A stretch of DNA of 55,639 nt from an uncultured Oscillospiraceae bacterium. GTDB taxonomy: Bacteria > Bacillota > Clostridia > Christensenellales > CAG-314. Shown one piece after another: positions 1 through 7,362 of this stretch. Positions within the stretch are counted from its first letter, which is position 1. The number at the start of each line of letters is the position of its first letter. Position numbers and translations under genes: made by a program. The DNA lies in the NCBI GenBank assembly GCA_964404625.1, contig CAYOKR010000001.1, positions 1-55,639 on the forward strand. The letters run 5' to 3'. Below the pieces are notes generated by a model. It was given only the letters and a program-made list of their open reading frames with translations, did no database searches and had not been told where the DNA came from.

Positions 1-409
1 TTTACATTATATATTATCGTCAAAAAATTGTCAACGATTTAACACAACTTTTTTTACATTTTTGATGAATTTTTTTGCGGCGTTTTTTGGATGGTTTTGA
101 TGCGTCAATTTGCATTATTCAATAGATTTGTGGTGGTGCTACATTTAAACGAAAATGACGAATGTTTTACAATTTGGTTTGTTCGATTATTCTGCAAAAC
201 AACCAATCTGTAATCTAATTAAATTTTTTATATATCGAATGGTCGATTTAATGTTTTTAACTGTATGAATACTACATCTTATATATCTTTTATGCAACAT
301 AAGTGTTTTGTCTTCAAATAGAATGAAATAAACTGTGCGATAAGGCACTTTATTTGCTGATAATCGGTTGAGTTATTGCAAAAAAGTGCTACTTTTGTTT
401 ATTTATATA

Positions 410-438
410 TTGACACTAAAAAATAACTATGCTATAAT
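410..438 (+). promoter_or_regulatory. sigma-A type promoter
   Basis: TTGACA 410-415, 17-nt spacer, TGcTATAAT with TATAAT at 433-438. Lies about 50 nt upstream of the ATG at 488. Confidence 0.7.
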
Positions 439-487
439 GTTATAAGAAATTTGCAAATATGTAATTTATGTGAAAAGGAGAATTATT

Positions 488-1006
488 ATGGCAAGAAAAT
501 CTATTAACATGATCGACCTTTGCAATCTTGCTTGGGATCGTAAAAACAAGTTTACTCCAGAAGAATACTACGTAAAAACAAAAAATTTGCTTTCACACGC
601 TTACGTAGATTGTTCTAAAATTATTGGTGAAGATAAAACATTTATTGCGTTCCAACGAATTTTGGTATTTTTTATGCTTTGCGATGACGAATTTTTGCAT
701 GGCGAATACGAATGTTACAAAACTTTCTGTGAGTATGCAAAATATAAACCTCTTTCTGCTGATGATTGCCGTAGTTTGTACAATCGCTTGACTGTTGACG
801 ATCTTACAGACGAAATCGCTACGCTTGCAAACCTTCGTGACCGCATCGATCCTGATAACTACGAAGCAATGGTGCAAGGCTTTGCCTATTTCTGCCTTAC
901 GGGCGACAAAGCTATGGACGAAAATGAATACTACATTTTGAGATGTTTCTTCCAGTCCTGCGACTACGCTCCATCCACTTGGGAACAATTCAAACGCGAG
1001 TGGTAA
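488..1006 (+). CDS. hypothetical cytoplasmic protein, possibly TerB-like helical domain
   Basis: ORF 470..1006 trimmed to ATG 488, which follows the SD AAAGGAG. Has repeated D-x5-6-E-Y-x-x-hydrophobic segments (DDEFLHGEYECYKTF, DKAMDENEYYILRCFF) reminiscent of TerB-type domains. Followed by a terminator. Confidence 0.6.
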   Translation: MARKSINMIDLCNLAWDRKNKFTPEEYYVKTKNLLSHAYVDCSKIIGEDKTFIAFQRILVFFMLCDDEFLHGEYECYKTFCEYAKYKPLSADDCRSLYNRLTVDDLTDEIATLANLRDRIDPDNYEAMVQGFAYFCLTGDKAMDENEYYILRCFFQSCDYAPSTWEQFKREW

Positions 1007-1029
1007 AACTTATCTAACAATCAAAAAAA

Positions 1030-1060
1030 CTTGGTACGCTTAGTTGTACCAAGTTTTTTT
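1030..1060 (+). terminator. rho-independent terminator
   Basis: cttggtac / gtaccaag 8-bp stem with 8-nt loop, followed by T7. Lies 24 nt after the stop at 1006. Confidence 0.8.
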
Positions 1061-1261
1061 GTGGCTTGTATTTGGGTTGTTTTTAATTATCAAGATTTGT
1101 GGCACTATAATTTGATATGTTGCCAAGTTGGTTTTTTTGCGTACATTGTTTACTCTTTTTATGATTATATATCTTGTTTACTCTGTTTGTATCAAATAAT
1201 TATTATAGATGCTTACTAACTTTTCTGCTTAAACGTTGGTAATCTAAACGTTTTTGCTGTA

Positions 1262-1289
1262 ACTATTTTTTGTTCGCCGTCATAAGATA
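1262..1289 (+). promoter_or_regulatory. sigma-K-type (late mother-cell) promoter candidate
   Basis: AC (1262-1263), exactly 17 nt, then CATAAGATA (1281-1289). This matches the B. subtilis sigma-K consensus AC-N17-CATAnnnTA and sits about 25 nt upstream of ATG 1314. Confidence 0.45.
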
Positions 1290-1313
1290 TATCGACTAAT
1301 AAAGGAGGTCTAC

Positions 1314-1979
1314 ATGCCGGTTAACAATTTAGATGGCAACGGAAACGAACGTATTTGCATACAAGCAACAAAAGTTTTCGATGCCTGCATGAAACAAACA
1401 ACTTTGCAACAAATAACCGTCGATATTGCCGACGTAAACAACGCACCGACCGTTCCTTTGCGTTTCGTGAGCGGAAGGTCTACAACAACGCAAGGCACAA
1501 TCGAAAATTTGGTAGTAGAACGTCTTGTGGAGCGCCCCAAGTACGGACGTGTTCAAGGGGACGTTATCGTTCCTGTGGAAATTACATATATTGATTCCAA
1601 CAACATTGAAGGTAATGGTACAGGCACAATCACAATTCCTGTGGATGTGGTTATGTATCTGCCCGAACCAAGCATTATTCCATATCAAATTCAAGCAAGC
1701 GTATCGGGTGTAATTCCCGACGGCACCTACACGGGTACTAAATCCGTGGACGATGTTACCTACTACACCTTTACAATCAACGCTTGTATAACGGTGATTT
1801 TGAAGGTTACGATGGACGTGGAATTGATTGTACCAACCAATGGTTACGCAGTGATACCACCCTGTCAGGACTATACCGAAGAAGTATGTTCCGGCTATTT
1901 CGAACTACCATTGTATCCAAACGGCACACGTGGTACAACACCGCCAAACGGATGCAACAACGGATGCGGTAACGGATAG
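1314..1979 (+). CDS. orphan Cys-capped beta-rich protein (candidate spore coat/exosporium/appendage component)
   Basis: Strong SD AAAGGAGG at 1301-1308. No signal peptide or TM segment. N-terminal ICIQATKVFDAC Cys pair, T/V/I/G-rich middle, C-terminal Cys cluster (PPCQDYTEEVCSGY...NGCNNGCGNG). The coding call is confident; the function is inference. Confidence 0.8.
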   Translation: MPVNNLDGNGNERICIQATKVFDACMKQTTLQQITVDIADVNNAPTVPLRFVSGRSTTTQGTIENLVVERLVERPKYGRVQGDVIVPVEITYIDSNNIEGNGTGTITIPVDVVMYLPEPSIIPYQIQASVSGVIPDGTYTGTKSVDDVTYYTFTINACITVILKVTMDVELIVPTNGYAVIPPCQDYTEEVCSGYFELPLYPNGTRGTTPPNGCNNGCGNG

Positions 1980-2070
1980 TAGTGTATAAATTGATTGTTA
2001 ATAGCAACAAAAAATTCAATTAGCCAAAACTTTCTTGTACGATAGCTTTACAAATAACTAAAATTAACGC

Positions 2071-2099
2071 AAATATGTCGCACTTGTTGCGACATATTT
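2071..2099. terminator. hairpin between convergent genes (bidirectional terminator candidate)
   Basis: aaatatgtcgca / tgcgacatattt perfect 12-bp stem with 5-nt loop. Lies between the stop at 1979 (+) and the stop at 2187 (-). The U-tract is weak on both sides. Confidence 0.55.
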
Positions 2100-2186
2100 G
2101 TTGCTTGTAAATTGTGCATTTTGTATAGCAACGCCACAGTGTCTAATTTCATTAAAAATGGGGGGATTATGTTGCTGAATATATTG

Positions 2187-2432
2187 TCAAAATGTATATC
2201 TATCACTCACAATACAATGCTCATTGTTACACCCCTTTAAATAGCTGATATATTCACTATGCTTTGTTGGTGCTGTTGGTGTATGTATACTATATAGGTT
2301 ATCAAAATAGATATGTTCACCTTGGCAAATGTTTTTTTTGCAGTGACAACCGATACTAAATAGCTCGTAGAAACAGTTATCAACTACCACCTTTGTCGTA
2401 CACTTATTCGAACGTTCTCTTTGTTTTTGCAT
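2187..2432 (-). CDS. small Cys-rich hypothetical protein (81 aa, 7 Cys)
   Basis: Only ORF of 60 aa or more in the 580-nt gap 1980-2560. Converges on the shared hairpin at 2071-2099. No SD is visible, so the call is uncertain. Confidence 0.35.
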   Translation of the reverse strand: MQKQRERSNKCTTKVVVDNCFYELFSIGCHCKKNICQGEHIYFDNLYSIHTPTAPTKHSEYISYLKGCNNEHCIVSDRYTF

Positions 2433-2560
2433 AATACGTCTATTGTTGCAAATTTTTACATACGTATCTTAAAATTTTTGACTAAAACTTAAAAATCCAG
2501 TGTAGATATTCACACAATTAAAGGTATTTTCATAGGTTGTTATAGTAGTGGAGAATACCT

Positions 2561-2779
2561 TTGAAATACAAAAAATGTCCTCGTTGTCAACTTAACTATA
2601 TTCGCGAGGATTGGGATATTTGTTCCGTCTGTCAAGATGAACTTGCAGGCAAAAAATCAATTTTCGATACGGAAAGTGACGTGTTAATTTGTCCGTATTG
2701 CAACAAATACGAATTGGATGTGGACGAAATAATGTGCAAACATTGTCAGCAAAAACGTCGCAAACGTTTTGACAAGTAA
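2561..2779 (+). CDS. double zinc-ribbon small protein (4 CxxC motifs)
   Basis: TTG start preceded by GTGGAG. CPRC, CSVC, CPYC and CKHC are arranged as two zinc-ribbon pairs, with a basic C-terminus. Confidence 0.6.
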   Translation: MKYKKCPRCQLNYIREDWDICSVCQDELAGKKSIFDTESDVLICPYCNKYELDVDEIMCKHCQQKRRKRFDK

Positions 2780-3021
2780 TCAGTTTCTTTCGACGCATTT
2801 TGTAGGAGTATTGTTTTCCTACAATCTGCAACGTAGGATTAATCGTTTTGAGTGCAGTGGTTTTTTGTTGGATTGTTGCCGTAAAACTACTGTAATTCCA
2901 ACTTTCTGCTATAACGTGTACTACAATGCCAATCAAATGGAATACAAATGCGAAGAGTTTGTAAAAACGCAAGTGCAAAACGTTTACCCCAATGCACTGT
3001 TGTTCGATACTATCAAAAAAA

Positions 3022-3050
3022 TAGACAAAACATTCTTTTTGTGATACAAT
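3022..3050 (+). promoter_or_regulatory. sigma-A promoter with extended -10, 6 nt upstream of the ATG
   Basis: TAGACA 3022-3027, 17-nt spacer, TGaTACAAT (TACAAT 3045-3050). ATG at 3057 with no SD in between. Confidence 0.55.
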
Positions 3051-3056
3051 AATTGC

Positions 3057-3776
3057 ATGAAAATTTTTGCTATTTCCGATTTGCACTTGTCCAGTGTATG
3101 CCAAAAACCGATGGACATTTTCGGCAAAGCATGGGAAAACTATTTTGAAGAGATTTGCACCGATTGGCGCACCAAAGTTGCCGAGGAAGACATCGTTTTG
3201 CTCCCCGGCGATTTGTCGTGGGGTATGCGCATGGAAGAAGCGTTGCCCGATTTTGAGTTGATTGCTCAACTCCCCGGCAAAAAGGTTATTTTGCGTGGCA
3301 ATCACGACTACTGGTGGAACACGTTGTCGCAAGTTCGAAATGCCCTTCCCGATGGATTTTTCGTCCTTCAAAACGATTGTTTTCGCTTTGGTAATGTGCT
3401 TATCTGCGGAACACGTGGTTGGACTTGTCCTGATGGCAACAACCTTTCGGCACATGACCTAAAAATTTATAATCGCGAAGTGGAACGTTTGATCTTGTCT
3501 ATCAAACAGATGAACAAAATGCGTACCCCAGACGACAAAGTTATCGCAATAATGCATTTTCCACCATTCAACGGCAGTTACGACGAATCGGGCTTTACAA
3601 AACAATTTGTCGCAAACGATATCGACACCGTTGTATACGGACACTTGCATGGCAAAGATTGTCGGGCTAATTTGTACTTTAATAAGTTCAATATCGATTT
3701 TTATCTAACCAGTTGCGATTTGGTGCACAACAAACTCACCCTTATCTACGAAGATAAGTCTGTCGAACAAGGATAG
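3057..3776 (+). CDS. metallophosphoesterase (calcineurin-like phosphoesterase family)
   Basis: N-terminal MKIFAISDLHLS (DxH motif), GDLSWG, GNHDYWW and MHFPPF motifs. Confidence 0.9.
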   Translation: MKIFAISDLHLSSVCQKPMDIFGKAWENYFEEICTDWRTKVAEEDIVLLPGDLSWGMRMEEALPDFELIAQLPGKKVILRGNHDYWWNTLSQVRNALPDGFFVLQNDCFRFGNVLICGTRGWTCPDGNNLSAHDLKIYNREVERLILSIKQMNKMRTPDDKVIAIMHFPPFNGSYDESGFTKQFVANDIDTVVYGHLHGKDCRANLYFNKFNIDFYLTSCDLVHNKLTLIYEDKSVEQG

Positions 3777-3791
3777 TTTAACAATCAAAAT

Positions 3792-3830
3792 ACAGGAAAA
3801 TCCCATCGTGCCACGGTGGGATTTTCCTGT
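3792..3830 (+). terminator. rho-independent terminator
   Basis: acaggaaaatccca / tgggattttcctgt 14-bp stem, 16 nt after the stop at 3776. Confidence 0.75.
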
Positions 3831-4214
3831 ATATTTGGGTAAATTATACAGTTACGTTCAATGGGTAGATAAATGGCTGCACTTAGCTTGACAATTTATC
3901 GTTTATTTGAATCACATCTGTCAATGGCAATACTTAAAGATTAGAAAACGTTTTTTTTTGTTTAATAACCCCGAATATTACACTTTTTGCTACAATTTAC
4001 TCGTTTGACTTAATTGCATTTTTATTCATTGATTATAACTGTTGCATTTAATTTAACAATTTGCTCGTTGTCAAAATCTTGTTTTTGATTGCACAAGGTA
4101 AAAAACAAATGTTAATTATATCAGTGTAACATAGTTTTCTCAATAAAATAGCACGGTTTTTAATGTTTTTATATATATCTTATACATTAAAATGCTTTTA
4201 TGTCGTTCAAATGA

Positions 4215-4242
4215 TTGACTTATATTTTCAATATGGTATACT
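4215..4242 (+). promoter_or_regulatory. sigma-A type promoter
   Basis: TTGACT 4215-4220, 16-nt spacer, TGgTATACT (TATACT 4237-4242). Confidence 0.55.
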
Positions 4243-4266
4243 ACAACAATGTTTTAGGAGTACTGT

Positions 4267-5616
4267 ATGAAAATTAGACTTTCAGACCATTTTTCTATCA
4301 AAAAATTACTACGCGCCACCTTTCCTTCCATGGCAATGATGGTGTTTACGTCCATCTACTCTATTGTAGACGGATTTTTTGTTTCCAACTTTGCAGGCTC
4401 ATCGGCGTTTAGCGGTGTAAACCTTATTTTTCCCGTAATTTCCATTATTGGTGCAGTAGGTTTTATGCTAGGTACCGGTGGTAGTGCACTGGTTGCTAAC
4501 ACCCTTGGCGAGGGCGATAAAGAACGGGCCGACAAAATTTTTACCATGACGTTGTATTTTACAATCATCTTGGGTGTAATTCTGTCTGTTGTAGTATTCG
4601 CTTTTATTGAACCCATCACCTATTTTATGATAAAAATCGGCGGTCAAGAAGTTTCTCAAGAAATGATTGACTCCGCTATCTTGTATGGACGAATTTTAAG
4701 TGCTTTCCAAGTGGCGTTTATGCTGCAAAATTACTTCCAAAGCATGTTTGTCGTAGCAGAAAAACCCACTTTAGGATTTATTGTAACGGCTGCTGCAGGA
4801 TGTACAAACATGGTGTTAGATGCTTTGTTTGTCGGTGTGCTCCAATGGGGCGTTGCAGGTGCAGCTATCGCTACGGTTATCAGTTACTTCGTTGGTGCAG
4901 CAGTACCGGTAGTTTATTTCCTACGTTCTAATTCCAGTTTGTTGAGATTTTCCAAAACCAAATTGGAGCTTGGCGTGCTTGTCAAAGCATCCACAAACGG
5001 CTCGTCTGAATTTGTTTCTAACATTTCTATGAGTATCGTGTCCATTTTGTTCAACATTCAATTGTTAAAGTATATCGGCGAAGACGGTGTTTTTGCTTAT
5101 GGTATAATGTGTTATGCAGGATTTGTATTTGCAGCAGTCTTTATTGGATACGGCATTGGTGTTGCACCCATTGTCGGTTACCACAACGGTGCACAAACTC
5201 ACGACGAACTAAAAAGCCTTCTGCGTAAAAGTTTGTTGATTTTAACAGTATTCAGCGCAGTTATCGTAACTTGCGTGCAATTGTTTGCACGTCCGCTCGC
5301 AAGTATTTTTACCCAAGGCGACCAGCACCTTTTGGATTTAACTGTTCAAGGTCTTAAACTATACGGTTGGTCCTTTGCAATGTGTGGTTTTAGTATTTTC
5401 TCGTCGGGATTTTTCACGGCACTAAACGACGGTTTGACTTCAGCAATTATATCCTTTATGCGCACGTTGTTGTTGCAAATACTGTTCGTGCTTGTTTTAC
5501 CAATCTTTATGGGCGTAAACGGTATTTGGCTTTCCGTTGTTTTTGCCGAAGCTTGTAGTCTTGTTGTGTGTTTTGTGTGCTTTGTTATCAATCGCAAAAA
5601 GTATCAATATGCCTAA
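4267..5616 (+). CDS. MATE family efflux transporter
   Basis: 449 aa with about 12 predicted TM helices and typical MATE N-terminus and size. SD AGGAG upstream. Confidence 0.9.
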   Translation: MKIRLSDHFSIKKLLRATFPSMAMMVFTSIYSIVDGFFVSNFAGSSAFSGVNLIFPVISIIGAVGFMLGTGGSALVANTLGEGDKERADKIFTMTLYFTIILGVILSVVVFAFIEPITYFMIKIGGQEVSQEMIDSAILYGRILSAFQVAFMLQNYFQSMFVVAEKPTLGFIVTAAAGCTNMVLDALFVGVLQWGVAGAAIATVISYFVGAAVPVVYFLRSNSSLLRFSKTKLELGVLVKASTNGSSEFVSNISMSIVSILFNIQLLKYIGEDGVFAYGIMCYAGFVFAAVFIGYGIGVAPIVGYHNGAQTHDELKSLLRKSLLILTVFSAVIVTCVQLFARPLASIFTQGDQHLLDLTVQGLKLYGWSFAMCGFSIFSSGFFTALNDGLTSAIISFMRTLLLQILFVLVLPIFMGVNGIWLSVVFAEACSLVVCFVCFVINRKKYQYA

Positions 5617-5631
5617 AACATAATTTCTTCG

Positions 5632-6102
5632 TCAAAGCATTTTCTTGCAACTTTCCAAACAACTTTCCTCGTAGTGCAGTATTTCTTTTAGAAGTACTGC
5701 ACTTTGTGGGTGTGTATCTTCGAATTTTTTTGTTAGTCTATACAAGTCTATTATTCCGTTCAACGTGCCTTGCATCATTATTTTTGCAACGTGTGTTTGT
5801 CGGTTATCTGCAAGCATTTTTGCCTTGATACCGACGTTTGCCATATTAATTGCAAATTTTGGCACAGGCGTAGGATCAAACCCAAGTTTTTCTGCAAGAT
5901 CATCAATTTGTTCAACGTAAACGTCATATTGTTCGATTTGTTTGCGCAACCGTTTTTTAACGTCCGTTTGCTCAACGTAGTCTACCAGTGTTTCGATAGT
6001 ACCTTTCGCCATTGTAACGTTTTTGTACAAGTCGCTTAATAGTTCTTTTGTAGATTGCACGTTGCAGTTATTGTCGTCAATTGTTTTAGTCTTACTCATC
6101 AT
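5632..6102 (-). CDS. hypothetical helical-bundle protein (ferritin-like/DUF2383-like guess)
   Basis: ORF 5632..6120 trimmed to ATG 6102, which overlaps the stop of the upstream small ORF. Helix-rich, no TM segment. Confidence 0.7.
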   Translation of the reverse strand: MMSKTKTIDDNNCNVQSTKELLSDLYKNVTMAKGTIETLVDYVEQTDVKKRLRKQIEQYDVYVEQIDDLAEKLGFDPTPVPKFAINMANVGIKAKMLADNRQTHVAKIMMQGTLNGIIDLYRLTKKFEDTHPQSAVLLKEILHYEESCLESCKKML

Positions 6103-6250
6103 CGTCCTCGTCTTCTTCAAACGCTTGTTTCCAAGATAAATGCACGTCTTCTATTTGCAGATAGCAGGGGGCATAGGTGTCGAATAATCTATTTCTACAC
6201 GTTTCGTAGTTGCAGTAGTATTCGTGACTGACTTGTTTGCTTTTTGGCAT
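6092..6250 (-). CDS. small protein, 52 aa, 3 Cys, acidic tail (not in the ORF track)
   Basis: ATG 6250 preceded by AAAAGGAG. Translates MPKSKQVSHEYYCNYETCRNRLFDTYAPCYLQIEDVHLSWKQAFEEDEDDDE. Its stop overlaps the ATGATG start of the downstream gene by 11 nt (translational coupling). Confidence 0.55.
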   Translation of the reverse strand: MPKSKQVSHEYYCNYETCRNRLFDTYAPCYLQIEDVHLSWKQAFEEDEDDDE

Positions 6251-6275
6251 AGTTTATCTCCTTTTGTTTTTGCTA

Positions 6276-6305
6276 ACAGTATGGGTATCTTTTGCCAAAT
6301 TATGC
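6276..6305 (-). promoter_or_regulatory. sigma-E-like promoter candidate
   Basis: On the minus strand: GCATAAT, 15 nt, CATACTGT, compared with the consensus kmATAtt-14-CATACAhT. Imperfect match. Confidence 0.25.
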
Positions 6306-6439
6306 GTTGCAATGCATAAATCTACTTATATTAACGATATATTTTATGGTGCAAGAATTTTTTATTTTGCTTGCAAAGAACTAAAATTGTAAAGTTTTAC
6401 TTTGTATATTTTAATAGCGCAATAAGACGTTAAATCACA

Positions 6440-6468
6440 TTGACATAATTTTTTTTTTGCGTTATACT
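6440..6468 (+). promoter_or_regulatory. sigma-A type promoter
   Basis: TTGACA 6440-6445, 17-nt spacer, TATACT 6463-6468. Confidence 0.65.
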
Positions 6469-6562
6469 TTAGATGGTGCAGTTGGGAATGTCTTTCATTA
6501 TAAACGTGACGTCAAACAACCCAAATTTCAATATTGTTATCAATTTTTCAAGGAAATATATC

Positions 6563-7285
6563 ATGAAAGTTATAATAGTAGAAAATTATCAGCAAATCAG
6601 CACAACCGGAGCGCAAATCATTGCCGACGTTGTAAAGAATAATTCGCATGCCGTACTTGGCTTGGCAACGGGCACAAGTCCCATTGGAATCTACAAAAAT
6701 CTTATAGAAAAGTGCAACAGCGGTGAAATTTCTTTTGCCAACGTCAAAACAGTAAATCTCGACGAATACGTTGGTTTGGACGGAACTCATCCGCAAAGTT
6801 ACCGTTTCTTTATGAACGACAATCTTTTCAATCACGTTAATATCAACAAGGAAAACACTTTCGTTCCAAACGGCGTGGCAGCTGATCTTACGCAAGAGTG
6901 CCAAAGATATACCGCTCTTGTGGACAGTATGCAACAAGACATTCAACTTTTGGGTATCGGTTCTAACGGACATATCGCCTTTAACGAACCGGGTACCGAT
7001 TTTCAATCCACAACTCACGTTGTAAATTTAACGGAAAACACAATCAAAGATAACTCTCGTTTGTTCGATTCTATCGACCAAGTACCCACCAAAGCGCTTA
7101 CAATGGGTATCAAAAACATCATCAACGCAAAACGCATTTTGATTATTGCTAACGGCAAAAACAAGGCGCAAGCTATATGGCAAATGGTAAAAGGTCCCGT
7201 TACGGAAGATTGCCCCGCATCCATTTTGCAAACACATCCCGACGTAACTGTAGTGGTAGACAAGGATGCTGCATCTCTTTTGTAA
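6563..7285 (+). CDS. nagB: glucosamine-6-phosphate deaminase
   Basis: ORF trimmed to ATG 6563 (MKVIIVENY...). GLATGTSP, NLDEY and GIGSNGHIAFNEPG motifs; 240 aa. Confidence 0.92.
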   Translation: MKVIIVENYQQISTTGAQIIADVVKNNSHAVLGLATGTSPIGIYKNLIEKCNSGEISFANVKTVNLDEYVGLDGTHPQSYRFFMNDNLFNHVNINKENTFVPNGVAADLTQECQRYTALVDSMQQDIQLLGIGSNGHIAFNEPGTDFQSTTHVVNLTENTIKDNSRLFDSIDQVPTKALTMGIKNIINAKRILIIANGKNKAQAIWQMVKGPVTEDCPASILQTHPDVTVVVDKDAASLL

Positions 7286-7362
7286 TTTCTCTACAAAAGT
7301 TGATTTTCAATAAATAGGCAATACAAACACACACAACACTAATAAACGCAAATAGGTACAAT

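Noticed and set aside
1031-1256. Hydrophobic, Cys/aromatic-rich 52-62-aa ORF between the 1030-1060 terminator and a small AACGTT hairpin (1231-1256). Considered as a type I toxin-like peptide.
   Set aside because: Its TTG start lies inside the terminator stem and the alternative GTG 1061 has no SD. The composition is what a T-rich spacer encodes in any frame, and no antisense promoter is evident.
2592-3455. 287-aa minus-strand ORF spanning the zinc-ribbon gene, the intergenic region and the 5' half of the metallophosphoesterase gene
   Set aside because: It is antisense to two well-supported genes. It has no SD and no recognisable motifs, and its composition is typical of the stop-poor antisense frame of AT-rich coding DNA.
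7357-7362. TACAAT hexamer immediately adjacent to the galT ATG, considered as another leaderless promoter
   Set aside because: It has zero spacing to the ATG, so the TSS would fall inside the gene. There is no -35 or TGn element at the right distance. galT is probably co-transcribed with nagB.
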